Assembly: GCA_951406725.2 (NCBI GenBank)
Contig: OX597835.1
Span: 33,108,001-33,172,000, forward strand
Reading direction: 5' to 3'
Length of the DNA stretch: 64,000 nt
Source of the DNA: Octopus vulgaris
Lineage: Eukaryota
The position numbers and the translations under genes are program-made. This document shows, piece after piece, positions 41,481 through 55,872 of the stretch (position 1 is the stretch's first letter; each line of letters opens with the position of its first letter). The notes under the pieces were generated by a model. It was not told the DNA's origin. It was given only the letters and a program-made list of their open reading frames with translations, and searched no databases.

Positions 41481-42371
41481 TATATGGTTAATCCAAACAT
41501 GAAAACACAATAACGCGAGGATGTGGAACAAGTATGATGTTATTGGACGCTCATTACAATAACATTATATGTAGCAATTATATAAGTAATAATTCAGTCA
41601 TATATCCTGTGCTTTGTTATGCTTTGTTATGCTCGTGATCTCTCACTCTGTGGAAAATTTGTCTTGCAAGGAACCGGTTCGAAGAGGTAAGTGTCGGGGA
41701 CCGCAGCCATACATTGAAAGAGATAAAGATTGGTGGAGAGAGATGATATCATACAATGATATTGTGCTATAGAGTTAAAGATAAGAGCAGATTTATGGTG
41801 TGTAGGAAGGTGACACCATTTAGTGATATTGCGTCACAGATTCACAGAGGAGCAGAATTATGGTTGGTATTATATCACACGGTACACCATAGACTGGGAG
41901 AGGATGACATTTATGGTGGAGGGTTAAACAGATTGAATAAACTTTAAATTTTATGTGTAAAAAAAAGGATCGAATGGCCAAACTTAAATATTGTTGCCCT
42001 TTATTTTTGTACATCTCTGTTCACTCATTTAGAGTGAGGAATAGGAAGGAAGAGAATAGGCGTGACAAAGAAAGACAAATATATTTGTTTAATTAGAATA
42101 ACTACGAAGGAATAATTAATGCTGTCAAGTTAGTAAACATATTAATTAAACTACTTAATACTTCATCCTTGCTACATATTTACTCCATTAACTGGTTAAA
42201 AGTTAACTCCTTTTATAGAGGAGATGACATGACACGGTGATATTGAGCTGTTCGTATAGTTATATATCTTGGGAAACGACAAGCCGAATGAATTCTAACA
42301 TTACAAAAGAAGGAAGTATAGATACTAACACAGAAATGTAATTACTGTATACTCTTTTAAATACTCTTTTA

Positions 42372-42770
42372 CACTTTTACTTGTTTCAGTCATTTGATTG
42401 TGGCCATGCTGGAGCACCGCCTTTAGTCGAGCAAATCGACCCCAGGACTTATTCTTTGTAAGCCTAGTACTTATTCCATCAGTCTGTTTTGCCGAACTGC
42501 TAAGATACGGAGACGTAAACACACAAGTATCGGTTGTCAAGCGATGTTGAGGGGGGCAAACATAGATACACAAACATATACACACACGTACATATATTTA
42601 TACATATATAGGACGGGCTGCTTTCAGTTTCCGTCTACCAAATCCACTCACAAGGTTTGGTCCGCCCGAGGCTATACTAGAAGACACTTACCCAAGGTGT
42701 CACGCAGTGGGACTGAACCCGAAACCATGTGGTTGGTAAACAAGCTACTTACCACACAGCCACTTCTGCT
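42372..42770 (-). mobile_element. SINE family B, full length
   Basis: Reverse complement of 11092-11490. Confidence 0.85.
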
Positions 42771-43349
42771 TCTATATCGGATTTTCTGTTTTTATTAATA
42801 TCACATTTTTACAGAAAAAAAGAAAGGTAAAACATTACAAGTATAAAACATTCAATTATCGAGAAAATCTTTTTCACCAAGGAGACAAGAAATTTTTTTT
42901 TTTAAATGGTGAGAATAAGCAGTAAAAGATGGATTGCAAAGACGTTACCGTGGAGAATGGCCAACCACACTGGTTACAGAATTTATCCAATGTATGCAAA
43001 TTTAGATAAACATATAGACATGTTTTTCAATATCGTATTTAGTTCCTTTCCTGCCTGCTGAACATCTTCGGCCTTCAGTCAGATGAGGAGCCTAAATCTT
43101 AGGTTATATGCAGTATGGTGGATATTCAGGAAGTTGAAAGTTGCATCTTGCGCTACCTAGTGGTTATATAAACTTTTTGATCCGCAGCTGAAGTATTCTA
43201 GTTTCTTCCTAGTGGATCCATCGGTAATAATGTAAATATTATGAACTGACATATTTCTACGTATGTATATATTTACGAATGCATGTATGTATGTATGTAT
43301 GTATGTATGCATGTATGTATGTATGTATGTATGTATGTATGTATGTATG

Positions 43350-43380
<31 letters not shown>

Positions 43381-43460
43381 GCATGTATGTAAGCATGTAT
43401 GTATGTATGTATGTATGTATGCATTTATTTATGTATGTATGTATGTATGTATATATATGT

Positions 43461-43920
43461 CATTTCAAGATTTCTTGCCAATAGAGAAAGAGCGGCATTC
43501 TCACCTAGATCAAAAGCTCTTTCACTGGAATTTCAACAACATCAATGTTTTTGTATATATGCATGTATGTATGTATGTATGTATTTATGAATTACATTCA
43601 GTTTTCTTTCAAGATTTCTTGCTAATAGAGAAGGAGCCGTTTTGTCACCTAGATCAAAAGAACTTTCATTGGAATTTCAACATCAACAAGGTTTTTTTTT
43701 GTATGTATGTGTGTATACGTGCAGATTTGTATGTAGTGTTTAATGCATGTCTTCTCACACATATATTTGCATATCTAGACATGCTTATATATATTTAAAT
43801 GATAAACTTCTGGAAAGTTTTATAGATTTTTACAGTTCCACTGATGTCTAGGATGTGTAGTCTTCGAATCATCTTTCCGCTCTTCTGGTTTTGAGAAGTC
43901 TAATTTCTTAAGATTAGTAT
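43461..43920. repeat. Family D repeat with duplicated first unit, in (TATG)n
   Basis: Homologous to 34662-34975. Confidence 0.7.
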
Positions 43921-44208
43921 TTATGTATGTATGTATGTATGTATGTATGTATGTATGTATGTATGTATGTATGTATGTATGCATGCACGTATGTATGCAT
44001 ACAATGTTCGACAAGTGTAAAAAACTGAATATATTCACGAATTAGAAGTAGTCGCTATACAGTACTCCGGATGCAGAACCAGCTACTAAAGTTTCCTAGT
44101 GACACAATCTCCCAGTATTTAGTGACAGTACATGGAATTCTGGGGGTCAGGCAGCTCTTAAATTATGCAGCCGGCATGCATTTTCAATAAACTTGAATAA
44201 ACATTTCT

Positions 44209-44621
44209 TATTTCTTTATTGCCCACAAGGGGCTACACACAGAGGAGACAAACAAGGACAGACAATAGGATTAATTCGATTACATCGACCCCAGTGAGTA
44301 ACTGCTACTTATTTAATCGTTCCTAAAAGTATGAAAGGCTAAGTCAGCTTCGGCAGAGTTTGAACTCAGAACGTAGCGGCAGACGAAATACCTATTTCTT
44401 TACTACCCACAAAGGGGCTAAACACAGAGGACAAACAAAGACAGACAAAGGGATTAAGTCGATTATATAGACCCCAGTGCGTAACTGCTACTTATTTAAT
44501 CGTTCCCGAAGTATGAAAGGCTAAGTCAACCTCGGCGGAATTTGAACTCAGAACGTAACGGCAGACGATATACGGCTACGCATTTCGCCCGGCGTACTAA
44601 CGTTTCTGTCAGCTCGCCGCC
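44209..44621 (-). mobile_element. SINE family A with two internal units
   Basis: Reverse complement of 4718-5120. Confidence 0.85.
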
Positions 44622-44680
44622 AAAGATTTCTGCATCCTATGCACTGTATAAAGTATGTGTATTGACAGACAGACAGACAG

Positions 44681-44734
<54 letters not shown>

Positions 44735-45384
44735 ACACACAAGCACACAAACACATTGTCGAGGTAACATAGTAAAGACAGAGTGAGAGATACAAATAAA
44801 ATAATGATTCCATTGTCCCACACTCTCAGTCAGTTTAAAAGATATCCCTGATTATATCTACAGAAAAAAAAGAAACACAATTGTTGGATTTCAGAATGAA
44901 GAAACCAATTTGGTGAAGTTCGAATTGTTTGCAACAGTATCAGCCATTCCTATATTCTCCTTTCTCATTCAGTTCCTCCCACCATATTTCTTTCCCTATC
45001 CTCCCTTAACCCTCACCCCGCCCCCGTCCGTCTATCCATCTAAGTCTTTTATCTCGTCTCTTTCCTCATATCTCTGCTTCATCTTTCTTTAAATTCTTCA
45101 ACTTCTAAATTACAGCTTCGATATTTATCTTTGTATTTGCTTTTCGTTATTAACAATTTGTGATGATCTTTTTGTGTCTTGTTTTGATTCACATTTTTAT
45201 TTTCATTTTTTGTTTTGTTTATTGTTTATTTGTCAGAAAGTCTGGGAATTAGTTTTGCGGTTTATTTAAGACAGGAAAGATCACCTGGATATGGATTTTG
45301 GTATAAACTTCAGAGATTGCAGCAAATTCTTTCATTTCCAGGAACAGTGGAGATCAAGAACCCGAAATAGAGGAGGAGATGGAG

Positions 45385-45431
45385 AAGTGGTGGTGGTCCT
45401 GGTGGTCGTGGTGGTCGTGGTGGTCGTAGCG

Positions 45432-45485
<54 letters not shown>

Positions 45486-45554
45486 TGGTGGTGGTGGTGG
45501 TGGTGGTGGTGGTGGTGGTGGTGGTATTAGTAGTAGTAGTAGTGGTGGTGGTAT

Positions 45555-45626
<72 letters not shown>

Positions 45627-45675
45627 TGGTAGTAGTAGTAGAAGGATGAGTAGGAGTAGGAGGAGGAGGAGGGGG
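45385..45675. repeat. (GTG)n/(GTA)n compound microsatellite
   Basis: Seen directly. Confidence 0.95.
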
Positions 45676-45854
45676 AAGAGTGGCGAAGATAAAAACAGAA
45701 AAGAGAAAATATTTGCGATGGAAAATTACGAGAATTAAAGACAACAAACGAAACGAGATAAGATAAGCGCTATCTTATTCGTACTCTTCTCTTACAATTC
45801 TATCCATATCTAGGATGCTTTATAGGAACGTATTTTAATTTATAGGCAGATAGC

Positions 45855-46035
45855 ACAGGCATGGCCTTATGGTTAAGCAGGTCGTTTTTCTGTCATGCGG
45901 TTTCTGGTTCAGTCCCACTGCGAGGTACGTCGGGCAAGGATGTTTTGTTATAATCTCTAACCGACAGCTGCTTTATTAGCGAATTTAGGAGACGGAAACT
46001 TTGTGGGTGTCTGTCATGTGTTTATTTCTATCTCA

Positions 46036-46073
<38 letters not shown>

Positions 46074-46630
46074 GTGTGTGTGTTTGTATCTATCTGAGTG
46101 TGTATATATTTGTGTTTGTCCCTGATTGATATCCGACGTCGGATATCAGTGTTTACATCCCCATCATTTAGCGGATTTGGAACCGCTGGAATAAGTACTT
46201 GGCTTATAAAGAATAACCACTGGGTTCGATTTCTTCGACCAAAACACTTTAAGGTGCTCCAGTATAGCCGCAGTCAAATGACTGAAACATGCAAGGGAAA
46301 AAATAATAATGTAGAAATATGTTCTCAATGTGTGTGGAAGCACATGGCCTAGTGGTTAGAGCAGAGGATTCACGGTTGAGAGATCGCGGGTTCGAATCTC
46401 AGACCGGCAATGTGTGTGTTTATGAGCGAAACACCTAAGCTCCACGCGTCTCCGGCAAAAGGTAATGGCGAATTTCTACTGACTCTTTCGTCACAACCTT
46501 CTTTCACTTTTTCCTCCTGCATCTTGCAGCGCACCAGCGACGGACCGGCTTCCTGTCGAGGTGGGGAACCTATACGCCAAGGAAACCAGGAAACTGGCCC
46601 TTATGAGCCAGGCGTGCCTCGAGAAGGAAC
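45855..46630 (+). mobile_element. Diverged SINE B (45855-46300) followed by SINE C (46334-46630)
   Basis: GGTTCAGTCCCACTGCG; GCAGTCAAATGACTGAAAC; ATGGCCTAGTGGTTAGAGCAG. Confidence 0.78.
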
Positions 46631-47159
46631 ATACAATATTGTCCAATGTGCTCTTTTATTAATGACACGGGTGAGACTTGACTGATGCTGTTTTCAGCAA
46701 ATTCGATTGACCGCGTAGAAGACCCTTACTACAGTCCTTTCATGTGATATAAGGATGTGAAATTGCATAGATGTCTTTTGTTCGTGTTCTTTTAATCACC
46801 GTTGATATCGTCGCCATTGTTGCTTATCCATAGTTCAGTCATAATCCATCAAAGCTAAGATCAAAGGCATTCCTTCTTTGCTTATTTAGTTTCTTTTTTC
46901 TTTTATCCAAATGTACATTGTTCAATATTCACTTCGTTTCTTTTTATGATAGCAGTGTTTATTTGCAGCAGGTTTGGATTGTCTAGCAGGGTAAGGAGAG
47001 ATTTCAGTTTTGGATGAGCTGGTGTTACATGAAGAGACATGAACAGATATTGACTGTTGCTCAATCACTTATGTACAGCTCCAATACTGAACGGAAAAAA
47101 TGCGCGGCAGAAAATTTCATTTCCATATATATAAATACACCCACACACACCCACCCACC

Positions 47160-47208
<49 letters not shown>

Positions 47209-47210
<2 letters not shown>

Positions 47211-47827
47211 CCGTTTTAAAAACTTTTCATCCTTTTCGACACAATCAAGATCTTGTGCAACAGAAACCCAAATATCTTTTTGGTCAGCTGAAAGCAGTTT
47301 TGGCACAAACTTGGCAGACACGCGAATCATAGCCATATCTTCAGTGATAATGGACTGACCTGAACCATAACAAATCTGCACATCCTCTGATATCTCACAG
47401 ATGGTGTTTCAACGATTTCCCCTCACAGCTGCAAGCTCATCTACGATGTTTTTCTCAGTTCTCCTGGTTGCGTGTCTCACTATCAACATTGTTTCGGTCA
47501 TTTTGGAAACGTCTGAACCACTCGTACACTTGTGTGTAGCTAATAAACCCCTCTCCATAAACTTTCTGCAACTTTGAGTACGACTCTGAGTGAATATTGC
47601 CAAATTTTTGGCAAAATCTGATGCAGATTCTCTGCTCAACTTTCTCTGTCACGCTACACACGTTCCTTCCAAGCACTGCAGTGAATAGTGGAAGTGAACT
47701 AAAACGTTAAAACTTAGTGCGCATACACAGCAAAGCTGAAGGTTAATCTGTGTCAAGCAGCTTCAGTGTGTGCTTTAGCGTCGTTACTATGGTAACAATC
47801 CGGATTTGTTTTTGAACAGACGTCTTA
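47209..47827 (-). mobile_element. Mariner 5' half (one end plus N-terminal HTH pseudogene)
   Basis: EQRICIRFCQK..LQKVYGE...QVYEWFRRF and RVSAKFVPKLLSADQK (WVPxxL motif); ends at TA. Confidence 0.85.
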
Positions 47828-50800
47828 TATATATATATATATATATGTTAGTGGTATTTGAACTACTTCTTAATGAAACTGTCCCCAAATTTACTGTGTT
47901 ATTGCTACTTCGAGATAAATAGTGATGTCTAATTGTTATTTAATAGTTACATCATAAAAATTTACAACCTTAGAGATAACGTGAAATACTACACTTTCAA
48001 AACTGGATCTCGAAAGAGACAAAGCTATAATAAATAGAACTTTTCTATCCAAATAGGTTTTTAACCCAATATTCAGAATCTATTAGATGGTTGTCCCATT
48101 CGAGTATCACCTTTAAAAGCAAATAATTTAATATACTGTCTTATAGCAATGCATTGTTGAGAGTTAAGTATTGTAGTTACTAGCCCTACAGCAATGCCAG
48201 AACAGGAACCAAAGTTTGCTGTGTCATACCTTTTCCACTCCGTCATTTACGCTTTATTCTGTAAAACACTGCATCAAGCCAGACTATGGGATGCTGTTAA
48301 ACACCGCTAGCCATAATGCGCTTCCTCATTGTAACTTTCAAATGAGGCCACCTCGGTAGTTAGGTTGACAGGCCAACATTTCACCCCCACCCGCTAGCAC
48401 TGAACGGAAAGCCAGTTCATCGTAGGGTTAGCCCTTTATAGCTAAGTGGACTGGAGCAACGGGAAATGATGTAACTTGTTCAAAAATACAATGCGCCGCC
48501 GTTCTTGGAACGCATAACGCAAAAGCTTACGTACAACACCCTAACAATCAGGCTACGCGCATTCACATTTTATAAATAAGCAAACGAAATCATTGATTTA
48601 TGATAGAAATGTTCAGCTCCAGAAAACTTCTGACTACGCCATATTGATTATATGTAACAGAAAGCAAAACAAAACTTACAACATTTCTTTAAATTTTGTC
48701 CTATTCTTAGAACGATAAGAAATAATAAGTGAAGTGAGGGAAGATATCAAAGAAAAATTAATTTTTCGAGACATCGACAACAATAAAATCAACAAAAACA
48801 CACATAAACCATATCGAAAAATAAACCAAAAACAAATAATAATAAAGACGTCAACCAGATTTTAATTTATAAAATTAATAAAGAAAGATATGTGATGAAA
48901 CAGAGAGAGAGATGAAGAAAAGTAATGACTGAAAGTAAAACATAACGGTTCCATGAACAGAGAAGTTTATTACAGTTTAATTTATCTATATTAATTGTTA
49001 GATAAGAAGGAATCGACGTGGCTGTAGCTCTGTCAGCTTTCCTATCACTGATATTCGAAAATTGAAATTTGCAATGACGTGTAGTTGTTGCTGCTTGTTT
49101 TTCTTTTCTTTCTTGTGTTGTGTTGGTGGTATAACCGAATACCCCAGTAAATCATAGAAAGACGTTCATACGTTAAGCACAAAGTCCGTATTCTTTCTAT
49201 GGTGTTGCGAAATATCCCTGACGAAGACATTTTAACTTCATAACAACATGACAGAGTCTAACAAGATAATGTAGACACTATATCCTCTATCTCTGATCGC
49301 ATCGTTTACAGATACGTATTCGTATACGAAATCTAGTAACTTTCAGTTCTGGCTCAGAACTCTATAGAAAATCTGTAGAGATAAAAATGAGAACATGGCA
49401 CTGCTAACACGAAAGTAAGAAAATATTGATAAGAAACTTCTAATATATATCATTGGATAATATGGTTGCCAAACGAAATACTGTTTATATGCTAGTAGTT
49501 AACACATACGATAGTAAGACAGTTCATTTCAGTTGGCAGCAAGAACTGTAGCAGAATTGTAATAGTTTGTTTAGTTTTACACATTCCCTGACATTGTTTA
49601 AATATTTCTTGTTTGAGAGCTTTGGGTATGGAGAGGTCAGAGTTTGAATCGTCGGAAACTATCATTGTTAACAGCCAGTTCTTGCTGTTGTTTTCTGATG
49701 CTGGTTGAGAGCGGGACGCGAGGAAGAGATGGTGATGGGGTGAAATAGGAGCAGAACACTGAAATGTGGTGTAAGGCCTGGTTCCTTTCTAAAGTGATTA
49801 ATATTGATGTCGTTTCACCCAGTTAATTCCTCGTCCAGTAGACCAATGACAAAAGGTTTTCCAAGCCTGACCATTCCGTATTTTAGTTAGATATTGTGCA
49901 TCTAGAGCTTAATGTGCCATTCTCGTTTTATTATAATACTATGTGGCTTGAATAAGGTATGACTACTATATTTAGTCGGTCAAATATGCACGCAGAGGCT
50001 AACTTGTTGGTTGTGTTTTTATGCCATACAAGACTATGAACGTTGTTTATACATCTAGCCTCGTTTATCACTGATCCAAGCATTGCTGATCCGAAATAAC
50101 AGGATGCACTCAAGTGCGAACTATGTTACGCTTATCACGTTTTGATTTGTCATAACCCAGGTTGGCAATCAGTCAAAGATTCTGCTTGGAATCCGTACTT
50201 GTCCGAGGGACAATATTTAGTACAAATTGGTGTCTTGAAACAAAATCTATATTGTTTAATTCATTTCTGTTATTCAATTATCACTGCTTCATTTAACATA
50301 ATTTTTTAAAAACTGCTTTGATGGGGGTGGGACAAAACAACAGTGATTAAAGACGATAGACATATTTAACTAAGTCAAAAGTTCTTTTAGTTAACTGAAA
50401 TAAGTTTGAAAAAATGCGAATTTTACTTTTTACGGAAAGGAATCTATGACGCGAAACCATGTCCCAATATCGACATGGTGGTTATCTCCGGGTCTTCATT
50501 ATTTAGCGCCAAACTCATAAATAATCCCTCACAGGGGAAGAAGGTAAAATAGAAAAAAAAAGAAGAAAAGAGAAACATGAGTTAGCAAGAAGAAATAAGG
50601 ATTTTGAATAACGTTTTTGATCTGCCGTTGTTTTAGATCTCTCCTCTGTGTTCTGAAGCATAAATAGATTGGAAATGTTAGAATAGACTCTCGATGAGCG
50701 GAATTAAGTCTACTGGAAGAAAGTGTTATCAGTTGCTCAACGAGGAATTCGCATCAAACCTGATCATCGGAATGATCACCAAGATTTAAATTAAGATTTA

Positions 50801-51587
50801 GGACCTGTATTACCGAGCCAAAATCGGATTAGAAGGAAATAAAGTTTGTGAACAATGAAAATGTGCAGAAGTCACGTATTAATGATATAACGGAGACAGA
50901 AACAGTTAAAATCTCTAAATGATTATATAGTAGGACAGCTGTAGGATCTTGATGTGACGATCTTACGGTCACTTATTTAATTCTGGAAACATATATTGCA
51001 TAGGAATTTGCCGACAATGTCTTTGATATTGATCAATGTTTTTGACTTACACTTTCTTTCCAAAAATATGTTAGTTGTGATGAGCAACTGGAGAATTTTG
51101 GCGCATTTAAAGTTTGTGTAATTGATTTAGTTCTGTAATTTTATGTGACTTTAACAGAATCCTGAATTAATTTATGATTATCGTCTGAAATAGAATTACA
51201 CTTGAAAGTCGATGTTGCTCAAAGACAAACAATATTACAACGATTAGTCACAATAACTACAACAGCGATTAAGAAGTATTTGGCGAGGAGAATATGTATT
51301 TGTTTAGTATCTTTTAGCGGATAAGGCCAAGCTGTAGCATAGTCAACATAGTCATGGCAGATGTGTATAATATATCATTGACCACAAGGAGCACATCCGC
51401 CTTACAGCAGGCCTCTTTTTACTCCGACTGGGTGTCGAAACCACCCTCCTTGCCTACTCAAATATTGGATCCGGTTTAGTCGGTGACTACCCGACCATGT
51501 CAAAACTAGTACTGATTAATCGGGTACCAGTAGCAGATTTCATCAGCCAGTGATAAGAAGATTCACTTGACGGTAGTGATCACAGTA

Positions 51588-51780
51588 GAAGGACTGAAAT
51601 TTAGGGAGAAGGGGCTAATCAATCACGTAGACACCAGTGTTGCACTGGTAATTAATTTATCGACACCGAAGGATGAAAAGCAAAGTCGACCTCGGTAGAA
51701 TTTGAACTCAGAACGTAATGACGAACGAAATGCCACTAGACATTTTTGCCCGGCGTTGTAACGATTCTGCCAGCTCACTG
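51588..51780 (-). mobile_element. SINE family A
   Basis: AATTTGAACTCAGAACGTAA...AACGATTCTGCCAGCTC. Confidence 0.8.
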
Positions 51781-52010
51781 ACTTATAGTGGAAGTATATA
51801 ATACGGCGAGTTTAGTAGAAATATATAGCATAGGGCTTACTGTAAATGATTTGACTACCAAAAGCATGTTCGGGTTGAGCTGTGGTTTTAATTTCGTTTA
51901 AGTAAAACTATAAATATATAACAGGCGCGCGCTCCCTCGCAAACGTAACTCACGCTCCTGTCATTTAGAGTAAACAAATATCTTTTTAATTAACACTAAA
52001 TAAATATAAA

Positions 52011-52372
52011 ACAATTGCAGCGTGGTAGGAGTTTGTAAGCCATTTAAGAACACACAAAAACGATTATTTTCATGACAACATTTACATTTTATTTGTGTCA
52101 AAATATTTTCACCGCTTTGAAAGAACGACCTGTTCCCTGACAAAACTTCGTGCTGCATCCTTTTTGTGAAGTTTTGACTATGAACAGGTCGCGGTTTCAA
52201 GCGACGAAAATATTTTGATACAAATTAAATTTAAATGTTGTAATGAAAATAATGGATTTTGCGTGTTCTTAAAAGGCTTACAAACATCTTCCACGCTGCA
52301 ATTGTATTTTTTTGTTTTGTTTCAGCACACGATCTCATATCAAGTCACTTGCTATGCAAGTACATCTCCGTG
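52011..52372. mobile_element. Fold-back family F: ~295-bp imperfect palindrome plus ~65-bp tail
   Basis: Arms ACAATTGCAGCGTGG...CGACCTGTTC / GAACAGGTCG...CCACGCTGCAATTGT with an inner CAAAACTTC/GAAGTTTTG hairpin. Confidence 0.75.
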
Positions 52373-52691
52373 AAAATCACATAAATAAACTTATGATTAA
52401 TTTCCTAATCAATGGAACCAGTCGACTCTTTGAACGGTGAATAACATGAAACTCCGAAGAGATTCTTAGTCTAACCACATCATTCTGGATTCTGTCCATC
52501 TTCGTGGCACCTTGTCGAGTGTTATTACTTTCACATCCCCATTAGCAAGCGGTTCGACAAAGAGACCCTTAAAATAAGAGCCAGGTATAAAACGAGTACT
52601 GGGGTTTTATAGTCCAACACACTAACCACTTAGCCACGCATCACACACGCACACACACACACATATATATATATATTTTATATATACATAC

Positions 52692-52773
<82 letters not shown>

Positions 52774-52786
52774 GTATATATATATA

Positions 52787-53900
52787 CACGTTTAAATATT
52801 TGTTGTGCAAGAATTTTTATGTGAAGTCGTGTGTTGAAACAGATATTGTTATATTTCGGAATGGTCATATTGCTAGTTTAGCCAATAAAAACACACGCAC
52901 TATATATTTGGTGTTATTTTGCTTCAGTGTTATTTATTTTTTTTTTACATTAATCTTAATCTTATTTCGGCCAGAGTTCTTTCGTCACACTCCTGTGACC
53001 GCATCAGTGGTCCTTTGTTTTCTTCTTTCTTATTTGTGTCTCACCTTACTAACCGTCAGCCATTTTGCATTTCTATTGTATGTTTTCATTTGCGCATGCT
53101 TATATCTCTATGTGCGTCTATGTTTATTTAGTGTGTGTATGTGGGGGGATGCCTGTAATATTTATATCTTCTGTTTATATACGTTCATGTAATTTGTATT
53201 TTGTTTTTGTTGTTGTTTTTGTTTATTCTTATTTTGTTCATGTGTTTACAGCCACTTATTATTATCATTACATATGCTTGTATGTATGTATGTATGTATA
53301 ACAACAATACTAGTAATGATAACAATAAATCGAATCGAAAAAAAATTTTTTTTTTTTTTTTTTTTATATATATAAATATAAAATATATATATATATAGTT
53401 TTTTTTTTTCGATTCGATTTATTATTATTATTATTACTAGTATTGTTGTTATGCATACATACATACAAGCATATGTAATGATAATAATAAGTGGCTGTAA
53501 ACACATGAACAAAATAAGAATAAACAAAAACAACAACAACAAAAACAAAGAACAAATTACATGAACGTATATAAACAGAAGATACGAATATTACAGGCAT
53601 CCCCCCACATACACACACTAAATAAACATAGACGCACATTGAGATATAAGCATGCGCAAATGAAAACATACAATAGAAATAAAAAATGGCTGACGGTTAG
53701 TAAGGAGAGACACAAATAAGAAAGAAGAAAACAAAGGACCACTGATGCGGTCACAGGAGTGTGACAAAAGAACTCTGGCCGAAATAAGATTAAGATTAAT
53801 GTAAAAAAAATAAATAACACTGAAGCAAAATAACACCAAATATATAGTGCGTGTGTTTTTATTGGCTAAACTGGCAATATGAGCATTCCGAAATATAACA

Positions 53901-53904
<4 letters not shown>
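52787..53904. mobile_element. ~1.1-kb fold-back (arms 52843-53345 / 53399-53904) in (TA)n; probable PLE pLTR pair
   Basis: Highly similar inverted arms, each with an HHR-like motif (52969-53013 minus; 53736-53780 plus) about 100 nt upstream of an ATG. Confidence 0.75.
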
Positions 53905-53932
<28 letters not shown>

Positions 53933-53998
53933 TAAATATATCCTTAAATCCTTAAAAATGTTTTAGCCCGAAGGCCACGGCCATGCTGGGGCACCACA

Positions 53999-54063
<65 letters not shown>

Positions 54064-55351
54064 TTTGCTTACGAATATTTACTGCGCACTCTTGCATATA
54101 AATGATCTTGTTTCAAGTGACAAGACGCATCGCCACAATTGCTGTGTAACCGAAGATTCCTTCTATTGGCTCGGACTGTCTCACAAATTATCGCTCCAAG
54201 CAATTTGCACTTTTGAACTAAAACCTTCGTCTAATACTCTTTCCTTCAGACCTGCATATATGTCAGGAGATTTCCTCGGATTCTTTTTATGATTCTCCGG
54301 GTACTTAATGTCGAAGAATTCATTTTGGAGATTACCCTTCGGGAATCTACATATGTTAAGTACTATGGATAAAATGTTTTTTCTTTCCTTTCATTTTTCT
54401 TTAACCGCACGATAATCAATAATAGAGCAGGGTTTTATTCCGTGTCATAAAAGAAAATCTGAACAGTAAAATATCTTGAATTAAATATATGACTGAGACT
54501 GAAGGTGAAGTCCTACAAGAAGTCCTATAAGAAAGCAAAATATATATAAAATAAAAATTGTGTTAGAAAAAATCAAAACTGGTACGAAATGTTATCTTGA
54601 TAGAAAGCTTTCTTAGGATAATATCAAATATTAGTTGAAAATTATGTAGGATATTTTACTTTGAGAAGAATATTGAAAATTGCTGTTTGTTTTGATGCTG
54701 TCAATACATTATAGATGTTACGTAATTCAGGATCCACGGATTTTCAAAGAAATTATCGTTATGTTGACCAAGCACTTAATGCTTGAATGTATTAATACTT
54801 GTAACCACTTAAGTAATAAAGATGCACAACAAAGTTAACAGAATATGTCAATATAAAATATCAGATTTTCAGAAATAAGAGTCTTTTGATGGAAGATGCA
54901 TTAATAAGTGTTCAGTCATTCACTAATCCGTTGCAGCATTTGGCCAAATAGGAAAATGCAAATCGATATGCTGTGTGAAAAGGTTAAACTTCAAATCTAA
55001 CATAATCGAGAGATTTTAGTGAAAGAAAACAGATGCCCCCTTGGGGCACAGTCGAATAGAAGAAATACAGAAAGAATCTGTTACGTGTTAGGTTCTTAAA
55101 GATACTCTATGTTATTTTAAAATTATCTCTCAACCAATTTTCCGAAGATTTGAAATTCGTTTAATCTTTGGAGGGTTAATTGACATTTAGTGTCGGAGAT
55201 AAAAGGGTAAATTGTTGCACCTTTTGCGTTATGCGTTCGAATCCTTCTCAGGTCACGTTTGACATTCGTCTTTCGGTGATTAACGAAGTACCTTCCATCT
55301 CTCTATAATTATGTGACCTTCTACCTTTATTATATAAATTATTATTATCCC

Positions 55352-55399
<48 letters not shown>

Positions 55400-55502
55400 A
55401 GGCATCGATCTGGTACAACAGTTAGCTTGCCGGCAAAAAACACTTAGCGGCATTTCGTCCGGCTTTACATTCTGAACCCGAATTCCGCCGAGGTCGACTT
55501 CC

Positions 55503-55699
55503 TTTATCAGCCCCTTCACGCTTATTCGTTGATCCCACTCTTCGTTCTTTCATTTCCCCTTCTCTTATATTTCTTTGCCTTCTCTTCTTGCTCACTTTCC
55601 CTCCACTTTTCACTTCACTGTGTCCCTGTCATTTTTTCTCGTACCTCCTTAATTCTTCTGTCCCTCTGCCTCTCTCTCTCTCTTCTCTTCCCACGTGAC
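55503..55699. repeat. Pyrimidine-rich interspersed repeat; inverted partner at 59848-60039
   Basis: CTTTCCCTCCACTTTTCACTTCACTGTGTCCCTGTCAT and its reverse complement. Confidence 0.8.
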
Positions 55700-55872
55700 G
55701 CCTGATCTTTCTTTCTTGGTCTGGCCGTTGTCCGTACAACATCGATATTCCTCCCTCTGTCTGTGAAATCTTGTATCCTTGCCGTAAGTCTTCATTTCCA
55801 CACATAACAACTTAATTTAATTCGTCTTTAGTCGAAAGACACCTGTTGTTATGTCCTGTTATTATTTTTATT

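Noticed and set aside
40440-42250. Regularly spaced repeats as a CRISPR-like array
   Set aside because: Eukaryotic context; units are degenerate tandem copies with no constant repeat/unique spacer structure, and no cas genes.
49218-49260. CTGACGA (also CTGATGA at 26521 and at 15144-15150 minus)
   Set aside because: No GAAA-stem III-NUH partner after a stem II; chance heptamers.
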